A stretch of 64,000 nucleotides of DNA, taken from assembly GCA_963555815.3 (NCBI GenBank), contig CAUVWX020000002.1:352001-416000 (forward strand), written 5' to 3'. The notes under the pieces were generated by a model. That model saw only the letters and a program-made list of their open reading frames with translations, ran no database searches and was not told the origin of the DNA. Shown piece after piece: positions 38,164-48,284 of the stretch; the first letter of the stretch is position 1; every line of letters begins with the position of its first letter. The stretch comes from a bacterium. GTDB lineage: Bacteria; UBA8248; JACPRG01; G963555815. Both the position numbers and the translations under genes were made by a program.

Positions 38164-38811
38164 TTGGACAGTAAGCTTTTCGCAAAGCAGATTCTCGCGA
38201 AGACTGAAAAGGTTGCACGGGCCATCGGCCAAGAGCTGGGAGACCGGCCAGGGCTCGATCCCCCCACCCTCATCAAAACGCTGAAGGCCCACATGTGGCG
38301 GGAGTTCGCCCTGGGTGTCCTCCCCGCCTCGAAACAGATCACCCTCCTTCCGCCCGACGATCTAGAGATGAAGATTCGCCTGGCCCAACAATCCGCCGAG
38401 GAGCTCTTCCACTACCAGGTCGTCGCCGACTTGATCGCAGAGCTCGGAGGGGACCCCGACATCAACCACTACGAGCCGACCGAGGAGGACATCGCCCTTT
38501 TTAACCAGACCTATGGGCCAGACACCCTTCTCGGGATCACGGGGGCCTTTCAGGTCTCTGGAGAGGTCGTCCTCATCCAGGTGCTAAAGAGCCTGATTCG
38601 AGTTTTGGATAAAAGGATAGGGGGGGTGGTTCGGGATCAAGTGCTGGCCCATGAGGGGAGCCATGTCCGAAACGGGAGGCTCATCCTAGAGCGCTATGCC
38701 ACGACCCCCGAGGCCCAGGCCGAAGTGCAGGCCTCCGTAGACGCGATGATCGAGCTTCGGAAAAAATCCCGCCGCGAAAAGGTCTCTTCCACTTCTCCTT
38801 CGCCGCAGTAG
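38164..38811 (+). CDS. Ferritin-like (diiron four-helix bundle) protein
   Basis: Paired E...ExxH motifs (WRE...EELFH; SGE...HEGSH); GGGAGG RBS. Confidence 0.65.
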   Translation: MDSKLFAKQILAKTEKVARAIGQELGDRPGLDPPTLIKTLKAHMWREFALGVLPASKQITLLPPDDLEMKIRLAQQSAEELFHYQVVADLIAELGGDPDINHYEPTEEDIALFNQTYGPDTLLGITGAFQVSGEVVLIQVLKSLIRVLDKRIGGVVRDQVLAHEGSHVRNGRLILERYATTPEAQAEVQASVDAMIELRKKSRREKVSSTSPSPQ

Positions 38812-38850
38812 GAAGAGTCGCAAGCCCGAACCCGCCTTCAACGAAGGACG

Positions 38851-39279
38851 TCATCGAATCCCGAGAATCCAATCCACCGAGATGGAGCCAGGACCCATCA
38901 CCAGCAGCGTCAAGGTGCCCGCCAAAAGGACAACGTCAAACTCGTAACCCGCCCCATCCGCCCAGGTGAACCCCTTCTTGTAGGTCAGCTTGAGGATGGC
39001 CACGACCATGCTGATGGTTAAAATGAGGGCGGTCCACCGAGTGGCGATCCCGATGAGAAGCGCGACACCCCCAAAGAACTCCTCCACTCCTATCAAGACG
39101 GCGAAGAGGAAGGGGAACGGGACGTTGTGGCCTCTGAGAACGTCCGAAAACCCCACGACACCAGGCTTGGCAGTGAAGAGCTTGCCGTAGCCGTGGACGA
39201 TGAAGACCCAAGCAAGGGCCAGGCGGATGAAGAGCGGAGCCAGGACGGCAAACGGCCCAAAGACAATGTCGAGAAACAT
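38851..39279 (-). CDS. DoxX family membrane protein
   Basis: IRLALAWVFIVHGYGKL, EFFGG..L.IG..TR, GYEF and GPGSISVD motifs. Confidence 0.88.
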   Translation of the reverse strand: MFLDIVFGPFAVLAPLFIRLALAWVFIVHGYGKLFTAKPGVVGFSDVLRGHNVPFPFLFAVLIGVEEFFGGVALLIGIATRWTALILTISMVVAILKLTYKKGFTWADGAGYEFDVVLLAGTLTLLVMGPGSISVDWILGIR

Positions 39280-39331
39280 CGGGCGACCCCTTTTTTTCAG
39301 TCCCCCCAGAAACCCACTTTCAACCGGGCCT

Positions 39332-39724
39332 TCACTCTTTTTCTCGAAAGCGAATCTGCGGCCACCAGCTCCACCGCCCTTGCCGCAGGGCGGCCTCGCC
39401 CTCCCCCTGGAGCTTTTGAAGGACGGAGCGCACTTCTTCCACAAAAGCCCCGAGCTCGATGGGGGCCTCGCCTTCTTCCACCTCTTCCAGCTTGGTCAAG
39501 CCTTTCGTTAGATTGCTGACGGCAGGGGCGTGCCAGGCCTTCTGGACTTTGACGAAACCCGCCGCCACTTGGATGAGGCCCTGGTAGAAAAGCCGCTCGG
39601 TCTCGTTCCCCTCCCGCCAAACGTCCTCCCAGGCCTCATGGGATTCCCAGTACTCTCCGCCGTTGAAGAGCTCAACCCCTCGTCGGGCCCGCCGGTCAAA
39701 AGCGATGGGGAAAGACTTCGTCAT
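39332..39724 (-). CDS. DUF309 domain protein
   Basis: GVELFNGGEYWESHEAWEDVW...YQGLIQVAA. Confidence 0.85.
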   Translation of the reverse strand: MTKSFPIAFDRRARRGVELFNGGEYWESHEAWEDVWREGNETERLFYQGLIQVAAGFVKVQKAWHAPAVSNLTKGLTKLEEVEEGEAPIELGAFVEEVRSVLQKLQGEGEAALRQGRWSWWPQIRFREKE

Positions 39725-39731
39725 GAAGTCC

Positions 39732-40541
39732 TCAGCCCACAATGTCTTCGCCACCGTCAACGCCGATGATGTTCCCCGTCACCCACGCAGTCTCTTCGCG
39801 GCAGAGGACGGCGATGACCTTGCCCACATCCTCTGGGGTGGTGAGGCGGCCTCCGGGGTTTCTCCCCTTAGCCGTCGCCGCTATCAGCTCGTAGCCTGGG
39901 ATCTTCCGAAGGGCGGGAGTGTCGGTGACTCCGGCGCGGATGGCGTTCGCGGTGACCCCCCGGGAGGCGAGCTCCATGGCGAGTTGCCGAATATGGGACT
40001 CGAGAGCCGCCTTGGCCGCTGAGACAGCTCCGTAATGAGGAAGCACCCGACGGCCTCCCCCGCTCGTCATGGCAAAGATCCTCCCGCCCCGCCCCATGAG
40101 GCCCGAACACACGAGATCCTGGACCCAGTAGACAAGGCTGTGGGCCATGACGTCCAGTGTCATGGCCATCTGCCGTGGTGAGATGCCATCCTCTGGCTTC
40201 TCGCCGATGTAAGGCAGGAGGGTTCCGAAGGCGAGGGAGTGGAGGAGGACCCGAACGGTGCCCCGGCTGCGCTCCAGGGTCTCAGCCACCGTCTTCAATG
40301 TCTCGGCCCGCCGCTCGGCGTCAGCGGCGTTGATGTTGAAGAAAATGGCCTCCCGCCCCAGCTGGAGGATGTCCTCTTTCACCTTCTCAGCGCTGGGCAA
40401 GGTGGCTTTTCGATCGAGGTGAACCCCGAACACGTTCATCCCGTCCCGCGCGAGGGCGATGGCGGTGGCGGCCCCGAATCCGCTGGAGGCGCCCAGAACA
40501 AGCGCCCAGGGTTGAAGCTTGGGCGAATCAGCTGACGTCAC
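39732..40541 (-). CDS. SDR family oxidoreductase (enoyl-ACP reductase-like)
   Basis: LGASSGFG, YGAVSAAK, GVTDTPAL and TGNIIGVDGG motifs. Confidence 0.85.
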   Translation of the reverse strand: MTSADSPKLQPWALVLGASSGFGAATAIALARDGMNVFGVHLDRKATLPSAEKVKEDILQLGREAIFFNINAADAERRAETLKTVAETLERSRGTVRVLLHSLAFGTLLPYIGEKPEDGISPRQMAMTLDVMAHSLVYWVQDLVCSGLMGRGGRIFAMTSGGGRRVLPHYGAVSAAKAALESHIRQLAMELASRGVTANAIRAGVTDTPALRKIPGYELIAATAKGRNPGGRLTTPEDVGKVIAVLCREETAWVTGNIIGVDGGEDIVG

Positions 40542-40725
40542 GATCGGATTTCCTCTGCAAAGGAGAAGTGATGGCGGGATCCAGGGACAAAAGCCCAGGT
40601 GATTCTCCGCCAGAGACGTCAGACCTGTCAATCTTTAGCGTTCCCGGCGTTGCCTAATCAGAGAAGAGGGGATATTCTAAGAAGAAGCTCACATTGAGTC
40701 TTTTCTCGAGCAGAGGTTCCGCGGG

Positions 40726-41310
40726 ATGGAACAGGAGAATATCTATGCGCTCAAGGAATGGGCCTCGGTCGTCCGGGCCCTGACCGATGCGCGTCAAATC
40801 TTGCTCCTGCGAAAAGGGGGAATTGTCGAGAAGCGGAATCGCTTTGAGGTGGAACACCGGGAATTTTTTCTCTACCCCACGTACGAACATCAGCGCTCAG
40901 AGCTCATCCGGCCCGATTTCCAGGAATATTTCAGGGCAGCGTGCGACGAGCAGCCCCCTGAGACAGAGGCCCGGTTGGGCGCCTACGCCGTCGTCGAGGA
41001 GGTGGTTGAGACCCAGGACCTCGAAAGGCTTCAGTCGCTTTCCAGCGAGCACATCTGGACGACGGAGTCGGTAGTCCAAAGGATGACGGCTTTTAAGCCG
41101 GAGGTCCCGATGAGTGTCCTCCTGATTCGGGTCCACACCCTTCCTGCGCCCCACCCCCTAAAGGTCTCGAGGGCGTACCGCGGTTGCAAGTCCTGGGTCA
41201 GCCTCGAACACCCTCTGTCCACCATGGGGGCCTCTGCGGTGCTCCCCGAAGCGGAATTTCGAGCGAGGGCGCAGCGGGTGAAAGATTTTCTTAAAGCGCG
41301 GACCGCTTGA
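40726..41310 (+). CDS. DUF1802 family protein
   Basis: ALKEWA, QILLLRKGGI, FFLYPTYEHQ and YRGCKSWV motifs. Confidence 0.85.
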   Translation: MEQENIYALKEWASVVRALTDARQILLLRKGGIVEKRNRFEVEHREFFLYPTYEHQRSELIRPDFQEYFRAACDEQPPETEARLGAYAVVEEVVETQDLERLQSLSSEHIWTTESVVQRMTAFKPEVPMSVLLIRVHTLPAPHPLKVSRAYRGCKSWVSLEHPLSTMGASAVLPEAEFRARAQRVKDFLKARTA

Positions 41311-41381
41311 CGGCAAGCTTTTTAGAGAGTCAGCCGAGTGAGCGCGCCTCCCGCCTCGAAAAAAGAGTGAAGGAAGAACCG

Positions 41382-42218
41382 GTGTCAGACAGGGGTTATG
41401 CAAATCCCCATCTCCTCTGGTCTCCAGAAGAGCTCAACGCCCGTCTCGGGGACCCGAAGCTTTCTGTTCTTGACGTCCGCCTAACAGCCGACTACGTCCG
41501 AGGCCATGTGCCAGGCGCGGGACATCTGGACCTGTACGGGATTAGCCTCTGTGACACCCGCCCGGAGCCCCTGCAGGCTTTCTGCTGGATGGTGGCCTAC
41601 ATGATGGGAAACCGCGGGGTGGACTCTGAAAAGGCAGTGGTCTTCTACCAGGAGAACTCGGGCTGGCGAGCGGCGCGGGGCTTCTGGTTCCTGGAATATT
41701 TTGGGCACGAAGACGTGCACATCCTGGACGGGGGCTTTGACGCGTGGCGCGGTGCAGGATTTCCGGTCAGCCAGGAGCCCGTCGATGTGTCCCGGACGAG
41801 CTTTGAGACGAGAACGATTCCATCCAAGGTTGCCACGGCAAAAGACATCCTCGACCGTCTGGACAACGAGAACGTGAAGATCCTGGACACCCGAAGCGAC
41901 GACGAGTACACGGGAAAACTCGTTCGCGCGGCCCGAGGAGGGGCCATCCCCCACGCCGTTCACCTCGAGTGGACGAACAATCTCGATTCCAGCGGCCGCT
42001 ATAAGCCCGCATCCGAACTAAGGGCCATGTATGAGGAACAGGGCATCACCCCCGACAAGGAAATCATCCCTTACTGTCAGGGGGGATACCGATCCGCACA
42101 CACCTATCTCGCCTTGAGACTTCTTGGCTACCCCCGCCTGCGAAACTATGTAGGGTCCTGGAAAGAATGGGGGGACAGGGTGGACTTGCCTATTGAAAAA
42201 CATACAAGCCATATATAA
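41382..42218 (+). CDS. Two-domain rhodanese/sulfurtransferase
   Basis: GHVPGA, ILDGG, LDTRS..EY.G, active site YCQGGYRS, YVGSWKEW. Confidence 0.9.
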   Translation: MSDRGYANPHLLWSPEELNARLGDPKLSVLDVRLTADYVRGHVPGAGHLDLYGISLCDTRPEPLQAFCWMVAYMMGNRGVDSEKAVVFYQENSGWRAARGFWFLEYFGHEDVHILDGGFDAWRGAGFPVSQEPVDVSRTSFETRTIPSKVATAKDILDRLDNENVKILDTRSDDEYTGKLVRAARGGAIPHAVHLEWTNNLDSSGRYKPASELRAMYEEQGITPDKEIIPYCQGGYRSAHTYLALRLLGYPRLRNYVGSWKEWGDRVDLPIEKHTSHI

Positions 42219-42348
42219 ACAATAAAATGTGTATTCATATTGAATGTAACACATGATGTATTATTTTACGCTTGATTACGGTGGTGTGGGAGTCCTGAGG
42301 CTCTAGTTCGCACAAAAATTGGTCTGTTTTGACGGGACCAAGAGCCCA

Positions 42349-42819
42349 TTAATTCGACATGGCCCTGAGCTTGGCGATCTGAATGAGGGCAGGTTTGTAG
42401 TTGGGTTCAATCTCGATGGCCTTCTCGAATTCCTTCATGGCCTCGGTGTATTTCTTTTGGCGAAGATGGAGCCGGCCCAGGTTTAAATGGGGATAGTGAT
42501 AGCACTCGTAACGCCTGGCCTTCATGGCCTTCTGAAGCCAGGGGATGGCCTCCTCATACATCTCCTTCTCGATATAGTAGGCCCCGATGTCATTGTAGGG
42601 GTTCCCGAAATCGGGATCCATCTCGATGGCCTTGAGACACTCCTCGATGGCCTGGTCTAAATCCCCCTCGTGGCTGTAGGCCCAACCTAAGAAGGTGTGG
42701 GCCTCGGCGGTGGGCTGGACCTCGATAGACCGTTTGTATATCTCGATGGCCTTCTCGAGGTCCCCTTTGCGGTGAAACTCCCAAGCCCGCTGAAAGAGTT
42801 CCTCAGCACCCTCTCCCAT
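42349..42819 (-). CDS. Tetratricopeptide repeat protein
   Basis: Consecutive TPRs (PTAEAHTFLGW, DPDFGNPYNDIGAY). Confidence 0.88.
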   Translation of the reverse strand: MGEGAEELFQRAWEFHRKGDLEKAIEIYKRSIEVQPTAEAHTFLGWAYSHEGDLDQAIEECLKAIEMDPDFGNPYNDIGAYYIEKEMYEEAIPWLQKAMKARRYECYHYPHLNLGRLHLRQKKYTEAMKEFEKAIEIEPNYKPALIQIAKLRAMSN

Positions 42820-42934
42820 GACCGATTCAGCCTCCTGTCTCCCCTACCCTGCCGAAACCCCGAGCACCAACCTTAAATTCATTATGCCTCAGATCCGCCA
42901 CGAGACAACCCCCATCAAATGAGGAAACCCATTT

Positions 42935-43948
42935 CTAGTCGTGGTAGGGAATGGGGGTTAGCAGGTCCTCGTTGTGGCGCATGTCCTCTTCAAGGCGCTT
43001 TCCCAGGGCCCGGGTCACGGGGCCCGGGCGCCCCTCCCCAATGGGCTGGCCATCGTACATGACGATGGGAACCACCTTGAGGCTCGTGCCGAGGAACATC
43101 ATCTCAGCCGCCCGATAGGCCTCCTCCCGCAACACCTCCGACTGCTCCACCCCCGTCAGAACACCCTCCCGTTGGAGCCTCCGGGCAAGGTCCAGGACTC
43201 GAAGGAGCGTTGTCCCCCTGAGGGCTCGCCGAAAAGGAGGTGCCCTGAACACTTGGTCCCGGGTCACAATGGCTACGTTCTTGTTTGAGCCTTCAGCCAG
43301 GTATCCCTCTTCGTCCACCCAGAGGGCGCTGTCAGCCTCGGCCTGAATTGCTTCAAGTTCAAGCAGGGCGTTGGGCTGATAGTTGCACCCCTTCATCTCG
43401 GCGAAAGCCGGATCCCGCAGGGGGACACGGCTTGTGATGACCTTCATCCCGTGGAGATAGAAGGAGGCGGGGACGGGCTCGGGCGCGGTGACGATAATGT
43501 AGATGTGGCGCTGGGAGCATTCTCCCGGACTGACTGAGAATCCTCCGGTGCCCCGAGAGAGAAAGATGCGAAGCACCGCCTCCCGGGCCCGGGCCACCGC
43601 CGACGTCTCCAGGAGGAGAAAACGGACCTCGGCATCCGTCACCGGGAATGGGAGCCCCGCCAATTCCGCCGATCGTTTCAGGCGGGCCAGATGGGCGTCG
43701 AGCTGATACACCTTCCCCCCCACGATGGCGAGGGCCTCAAACACCCCATCCCCTCGATGCACCAGGTGGTCGTCCAGGGGGATAGTCATCAGGCGGGGGT
43801 CAGTCACCACCCCCCCCAAGACGCTCGAATACATGGCGAAATATCGGTCCCGGCGGGGGTCCTCCGGGGGAAGGGTCCCGCCAAGAAGGTCACTCGCCTT
43901 GAGATGGGGGATCTTTGGGGGTGGGGGCACGTTAGGTTCAGTCTCCAA
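42935..43948 (-). CDS. Class IV PLP aminotransferase (D-amino acid transaminase/ADC lyase-like)
   Basis: HRGDGVFE, HLARL..SA, K-CNY, EGSNKN and L-GTT motifs. Confidence 0.88.
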   Translation of the reverse strand: METEPNVPPPPKIPHLKASDLLGGTLPPEDPRRDRYFAMYSSVLGGVVTDPRLMTIPLDDHLVHRGDGVFEALAIVGGKVYQLDAHLARLKRSAELAGLPFPVTDAEVRFLLLETSAVARAREAVLRIFLSRGTGGFSVSPGECSQRHIYIIVTAPEPVPASFYLHGMKVITSRVPLRDPAFAEMKGCNYQPNALLELEAIQAEADSALWVDEEGYLAEGSNKNVAIVTRDQVFRAPPFRRALRGTTLLRVLDLARRLQREGVLTGVEQSEVLREEAYRAAEMMFLGTSLKVVPIVMYDGQPIGEGRPGPVTRALGKRLEEDMRHNEDLLTPIPYHD

Positions 43949-44002
43949 GAGAGGGTTCCACGCGCTCTTTCTGGCCAGGGGAAAGTCCGGCGGGGTTTTC
44001 TC

Positions 44003-45394
44003 TCAAGCGCGCCAGAGGAAGAAGATGACGGCGGCGAAGACGAGACTAAAAAGGGCCAGCTCGAATCTCCTCTCGCTGAAGGCGGACGAGAACTTTGCCT
44101 GAAAATAAGCCAGCGTCCCGGTGTGGGCCCGCTCCAGGCTGGCCCGTTCGCGCTCTGCCCTTTGGGTGTACAGCCTCACCTGGGCAGGGTCCAGGTTGGG
44201 AGGATTTTCTTCGAAGAGCTCGATGGCCAATCCGTAATGGCGCACACCCTCCTGCCAGGCCCCTTCCAGAGTGCGATAGACATTCGCCAGCTCGTAATGA
44301 ATGAGGGGGTCTTCCGGAGTCCAATGGATGGCCCTGAGGTACGCCTCCGCCCCCTCCTGGGATCGTCCCTCCTGGATGGCCCGCTCGGCGGCGCTCACCT
44401 GCCTCACGGCCTCCCGCCTTCGGTAGGCAGGATGTTTAGCGTCCACCTGGACGAAGCCCGCTTCAACGGCCTCAGCCCACTCTCTCCTCTGTGCGATCGA
44501 ACCCTCCGATGTGCGGGCGGCCAGCAACTCACTCGCTCGCTGGTAAGCCTGCAGGGCCTGGGACTCTCGCCCTCTCATCCTCTCGTAAGTCTTTCCGACC
44601 CGGATATGCAGGGAGACGTTCTCGGGCAACCACCGCAGGGCCGTCAGGTATCCCTCTAAAGCCACATTGTATTTCTCGCCCCCAAAATTGAAATCCGCGC
44701 CGTCCTGATAGAGGTTGGCCAGGGCCCGTCTCGGTCCTTCGAAGTCGGGGTCCAGGGAGACGGCGCGCCGCCAGGACTCCTCAGCCTCTTGATTTTTTTC
44801 CTCGCTGAGGAGACGGCGACCACGGTGGAGCAGATAGGTGGCCCACTTCCGACGGGCCTCCGGATCTTCGGGAGAACGCTCCAGGACTCGCCGCGCCTCC
44901 CTCCCCTCAAAAAAGGCCTGAAGGGAGTCTCCCTCCCCCCCTGCCCGGGAGAAGGTGAAGGGTCGAAACGCAGCCCAGGCCTCCAGAATCTCCATCGCGC
45001 GAGGTTCCTCCGGGTCGAACTCCAGGACAGCCTGGTAGAGCCGAATCGCTCGCTGATAATCCCCCTCGGCGATAGCCACATCGGTAAATGCCAGGAGGAC
45101 AACGGGGAGCTCAGGGGAGCGGCTGATGAGACTTTCCAGGACATATCGCGCCTCAGAAAATCTCTTCGCCTCGAGAAGGGCGAGGGCCAACTGTCGGCCG
45201 ATCTCGGTCTCTTCGGGGCAAAGAGAAAACGCCCTCTCCAAGAGGGACGTCCTCAAGGAGGCCTCTGTCGCATTCTCTGCCTGCGTGAGATGGTCCGCCG
45301 CAGTCTCACAATCCGTCCCGCTGGCCACTGACGAAAGCAAAAGGGTGAGCAGGAAAGGAATGAGCGTGGCGGACATCCAGCGGGAGGGCTTCAT
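44003..45394 (-). CDS. Secreted TPR protein with a C-terminal membrane anchor
   Basis: Signal peptide, multiple TPR-like helices, terminal ELALFSLVFAAVIFFLWRA. Confidence 0.7.
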   Translation of the reverse strand: MKPSRWMSATLIPFLLTLLLSSVASGTDCETAADHLTQAENATEASLRTSLLERAFSLCPEETEIGRQLALALLEAKRFSEARYVLESLISRSPELPVVLLAFTDVAIAEGDYQRAIRLYQAVLEFDPEEPRAMEILEAWAAFRPFTFSRAGGEGDSLQAFFEGREARRVLERSPEDPEARRKWATYLLHRGRRLLSEEKNQEAEESWRRAVSLDPDFEGPRRALANLYQDGADFNFGGEKYNVALEGYLTALRWLPENVSLHIRVGKTYERMRGRESQALQAYQRASELLAARTSEGSIAQRREWAEAVEAGFVQVDAKHPAYRRREAVRQVSAAERAIQEGRSQEGAEAYLRAIHWTPEDPLIHYELANVYRTLEGAWQEGVRHYGLAIELFEENPPNLDPAQVRLYTQRAERERASLERAHTGTLAYFQAKFSSAFSERRFELALFSLVFAAVIFFLWRA

Positions 45395-45395
45395 C

Positions 45396-46115
45396 TCAGT
45401 CGTAAAGGCGACGCAAAATGTTGAATCGGACCTTCAAGAGACCCAGGAAAGAGCGCAGGGCATCTCGAAGGAGGTGAACCCGGCTTCCCCCGGCGTTGGA
45501 CCATTGTACTGGGACCTCTTTGACCTTGATGCCTCGCCGGCTGGCGATGCAGAGAATCTCGGCGTCGAAACTCCAATCGTCGAGGGTCTGGCGAGAGAAG
45601 ATCTCCCTGGCCGCCTCTCGACTAAACGTCTTGAACCCGCACGTGAAATCGCTCACAGAGGTCCCGGTGAAACCCCGGGAGAGAGAGGTGAACACCCGGC
45701 CCATCCACTCGCGCAGGAAGGGCTGATGTCGTTCGATCCGGGCGCCCGCTGTACGGCGAGTCCCTATGACTACCGAAAAACCTTTCTCGAACCACTCCCT
45801 CATCTGATCCCACTCCTCAACGGGAGTCGAGAGGTCTGCGTCCATAAAGAGGACAATATCTCCCCGAGCGGCCAGCACCCCCTGCTTGACCACATAACCC
45901 TTTCCCCGGTTGTAACCGTTGGACAGGAGTTGCAGGTCCCTTCGGTCTCCCATACAGCCTCGGACAAGCTCCGCAGTTCCATCCGTGCTCCCGTCATTCA
46001 CGACGAGGATCTCGTATTTCAGTCCTCTGGCGGAGGCAAAGCCCCTCACCCGGGTCAGACACCGGGCAAGCGATCTTTCTTCATTGTAGGCGGGGATCAC
46101 AATGGAAAGATCCAT
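45396..46115 (-). CDS. GT2 glycosyltransferase (dolichyl-phosphate beta-glucosyltransferase-like)
   Basis: SIVIPAYNE, VNDGSTDGT, NRGKG, MDADL, DFTCGFK and FDAE motifs. Confidence 0.9.
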   Translation of the reverse strand: MDLSIVIPAYNEERSLARCLTRVRGFASARGLKYEILVVNDGSTDGTAELVRGCMGDRRDLQLLSNGYNRGKGYVVKQGVLAARGDIVLFMDADLSTPVEEWDQMREWFEKGFSVVIGTRRTAGARIERHQPFLREWMGRVFTSLSRGFTGTSVSDFTCGFKTFSREAAREIFSRQTLDDWSFDAEILCIASRRGIKVKEVPVQWSNAGGSRVHLLRDALRSFLGLLKVRFNILRRLYD

Positions 46116-46180
46116 CTTTCTCCTCTTCTAGGCCAACAGAAAACACCTGTGGAGAATTTTCCACATCATGAAGGGGAAAT

Positions 46181-47011
46181 TCAACTATCTCCATCATCCA
46201 GGGCATTGGCGGCAATCGAGGATGAAGTGCCCTTCAGGTCCCCCTGAAAACGTTCTTGATACCACCCCACCTGACGGAAAAGCCCCCGAAGGACCCGAAC
46301 GTCGCGGGAATTCAAATTCGCTCGGCCCAGAAGCCGCCTGAGGTAATTCATCATCCGCGCTGGGTTTCTAGGGTCTAGGAACCCAATTTCAAGGAGCACG
46401 CTCTGGATGTGGCCGTAGAGCCCCTCCAGCTCCTGGGCACTGGCCAAAGGGGGTGGGGAGGGAAGCGGCTGGGCTTGGAGGGCCTGAAAAACCTCGTAGC
46501 AGAGGATGAGGACTGCCATGGCCAGGTTGAGGGAGGGGAAGGCCGAGTGAGCGGGGATGAGGACCAGCTCGTGGCAGGACTGAAGATGTTCATTGGAAAG
46601 CCCTACGTTCTCGGACCCAAAGACCAGGGCCACGGGGTAGCGCTGGGCCACCTCCAGGATGCGGGGAGCCGCGTCGCGGGGCGTGAAGGTCGGCTGGCGC
46701 ATCTTCCCCCTTCGCCGGGTCGCCCCCATGACAAGGGCACAGTCCGCGACCGCTTCAGGGAGGCTGTCATGCCGCCGAGCCTCGTAGAGGACGTCCTTGG
46801 CATACATGGCCATCTTTCTGGCATCAGCATTAAGGGAGTCCGCCCCAAGGACGAGACGAAGGTCTTCGAGACCCATGTTCTTCATCGCCCGGGCCGATGC
46901 CCCGATGTTGCCGGAGATCTGGGGCTTCACGAGGACGACTCGGACCTGGCGGAGGATCTCGGCGCTAGACACCTTGGGAAGTCTCTCGTTGTCTTCAGGG
47001 CGGTTTTCCAT
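46181..47011 (-). CDS. trmJ: tRNA 2'-O-methyltransferase TrmJ/LasT family
   Basis: GNIGASARAMKNMG, LVFGSENVGL, PSLNLAMAV and IGFLDP motifs. Confidence 0.88.
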   Translation of the reverse strand: MENRPEDNERLPKVSSAEILRQVRVVLVKPQISGNIGASARAMKNMGLEDLRLVLGADSLNADARKMAMYAKDVLYEARRHDSLPEAVADCALVMGATRRRGKMRQPTFTPRDAAPRILEVAQRYPVALVFGSENVGLSNEHLQSCHELVLIPAHSAFPSLNLAMAVLILCYEVFQALQAQPLPSPPPLASAQELEGLYGHIQSVLLEIGFLDPRNPARMMNYLRRLLGRANLNSRDVRVLRGLFRQVGWYQERFQGDLKGTSSSIAANALDDGDS

Positions 47012-47115
47012 CTCTCCCGAACTCTCCTCTTTCGGCACATTATAGGAACCCTTGAGGCCCCTCACAAGAAAGCCAGGGGCGTGGTGTAGAATGGGCCCTC
47101 GGGAGGAGAGTCCAG

Positions 47116-48276
47116 ATGCCCCTATCCAGACGGGTTCAGGGTTTCACCGAGTCTGTCATCCGCGGTATAACGCGGGAGTGCATGAAATATGGGGGAATCA
47201 ACCTTGCCCAGGGCTACCCCGACTTTGACGCCCCTGAAGAGATAAAGGGGGCCGCTCTTCGGGCCATCCAAGAGGGTCATAACCAATACGCCATCACCTG
47301 GGGAACCCCCTCCATTCGAAAGGCCATTAGCCACAAGGTCAAAGTCTACCAGGGATTGGAGATAGACCCCGAGGAGGAGGTCACGGTCGTCTGCGGGGCA
47401 ACGGAGGGGATGATGGCCACCCTGATGGCCCTCTTGAACCCCGGTGAGGAGGTAATCATCTTCGAGCCCTTCTATGAAAACTATGGCCCCGACTGCATCC
47501 TCTCGGGCTCGGTCCCACGCTATGTCCCCCTGAGGCCCCCCGCTTTCACCTTTGCCCCCGAGGAACTTCGAGCAGCGTTTACGCCAAAGACCCGGGCCAT
47601 CATCGTCAATACCCCCCACAACCCCACCGGCCATGTCTTCGACCAGAAAGAAATGGAGACCATCGCAAGCCTCTGCTTGGAGTTTGACGTGACGGCCGTG
47701 ACGGACGAGGTCTATGAACACATCCTCTTCGACGGCCACCGCCACCTAAGTCTCTCCACGCTCCCTGGGATGCGGGAGCGGACGGTCACCATCACAAGCC
47801 TCTCGAAGACTTACAGCGTGACAGGCTGGCGGGTAGGCTACGTCCTGGCGCCCCCTGCCATCACCTCAGGGATCCGCAAAACTCACGACTTCCTCACTGT
47901 GGGAGCCCCCGCTCCCCTTCAGGAGGCCGCCGCAGCCGCCCTCGCCTTCCCTGACACCTACTACCAAAAGCTTCGGACAATGTATGAACACAAAAGAGGT
48001 CTTCTCGCGGGCTATCTAGAGGAGGCAGAGATCCACTTTTACATGCCCCAGGGGGCTTACTACATCCTGGCCGACATCTCAGGCTTTGGTTTCCCCGACG
48101 ACACGGCCTTCGCGATGCATCTTGTCCGGGAACACGGTGTCGCCACGGTCCCGGGGAGCAGTTTCTACCACGCCGCCCCGCTCGGTCGGGAGTTTGTCCG
48201 CTTCACCTTTTCCAAGAAGGACGAGACTTTAGCAGCGGCGGGCAAGAATCTTAAAAACCTGAAAGCTGCGACCTGA
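47116..48276 (+). CDS. Class I/II PLP aminotransferase (YbdL/DapC-like)
   Basis: INLAQGYPDF, NTPHNPTG, TDEVYE and SLSKTYSVTGWRVGY motifs. Confidence 0.9.
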   Translation: MPLSRRVQGFTESVIRGITRECMKYGGINLAQGYPDFDAPEEIKGAALRAIQEGHNQYAITWGTPSIRKAISHKVKVYQGLEIDPEEEVTVVCGATEGMMATLMALLNPGEEVIIFEPFYENYGPDCILSGSVPRYVPLRPPAFTFAPEELRAAFTPKTRAIIVNTPHNPTGHVFDQKEMETIASLCLEFDVTAVTDEVYEHILFDGHRHLSLSTLPGMRERTVTITSLSKTYSVTGWRVGYVLAPPAITSGIRKTHDFLTVGAPAPLQEAAAAALAFPDTYYQKLRTMYEHKRGLLAGYLEEAEIHFYMPQGAYYILADISGFGFPDDTAFAMHLVREHGVATVPGSSFYHAAPLGREFVRFTFSKKDETLAAAGKNLKNLKAAT

Positions 48277-48284
48277 GGCCTTTC

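Noticed and set aside
42270..42345. tRNA fragment or att site
   Set aside because: No T-loop consensus, CCA end or cloverleaf, and no integrase nearby.
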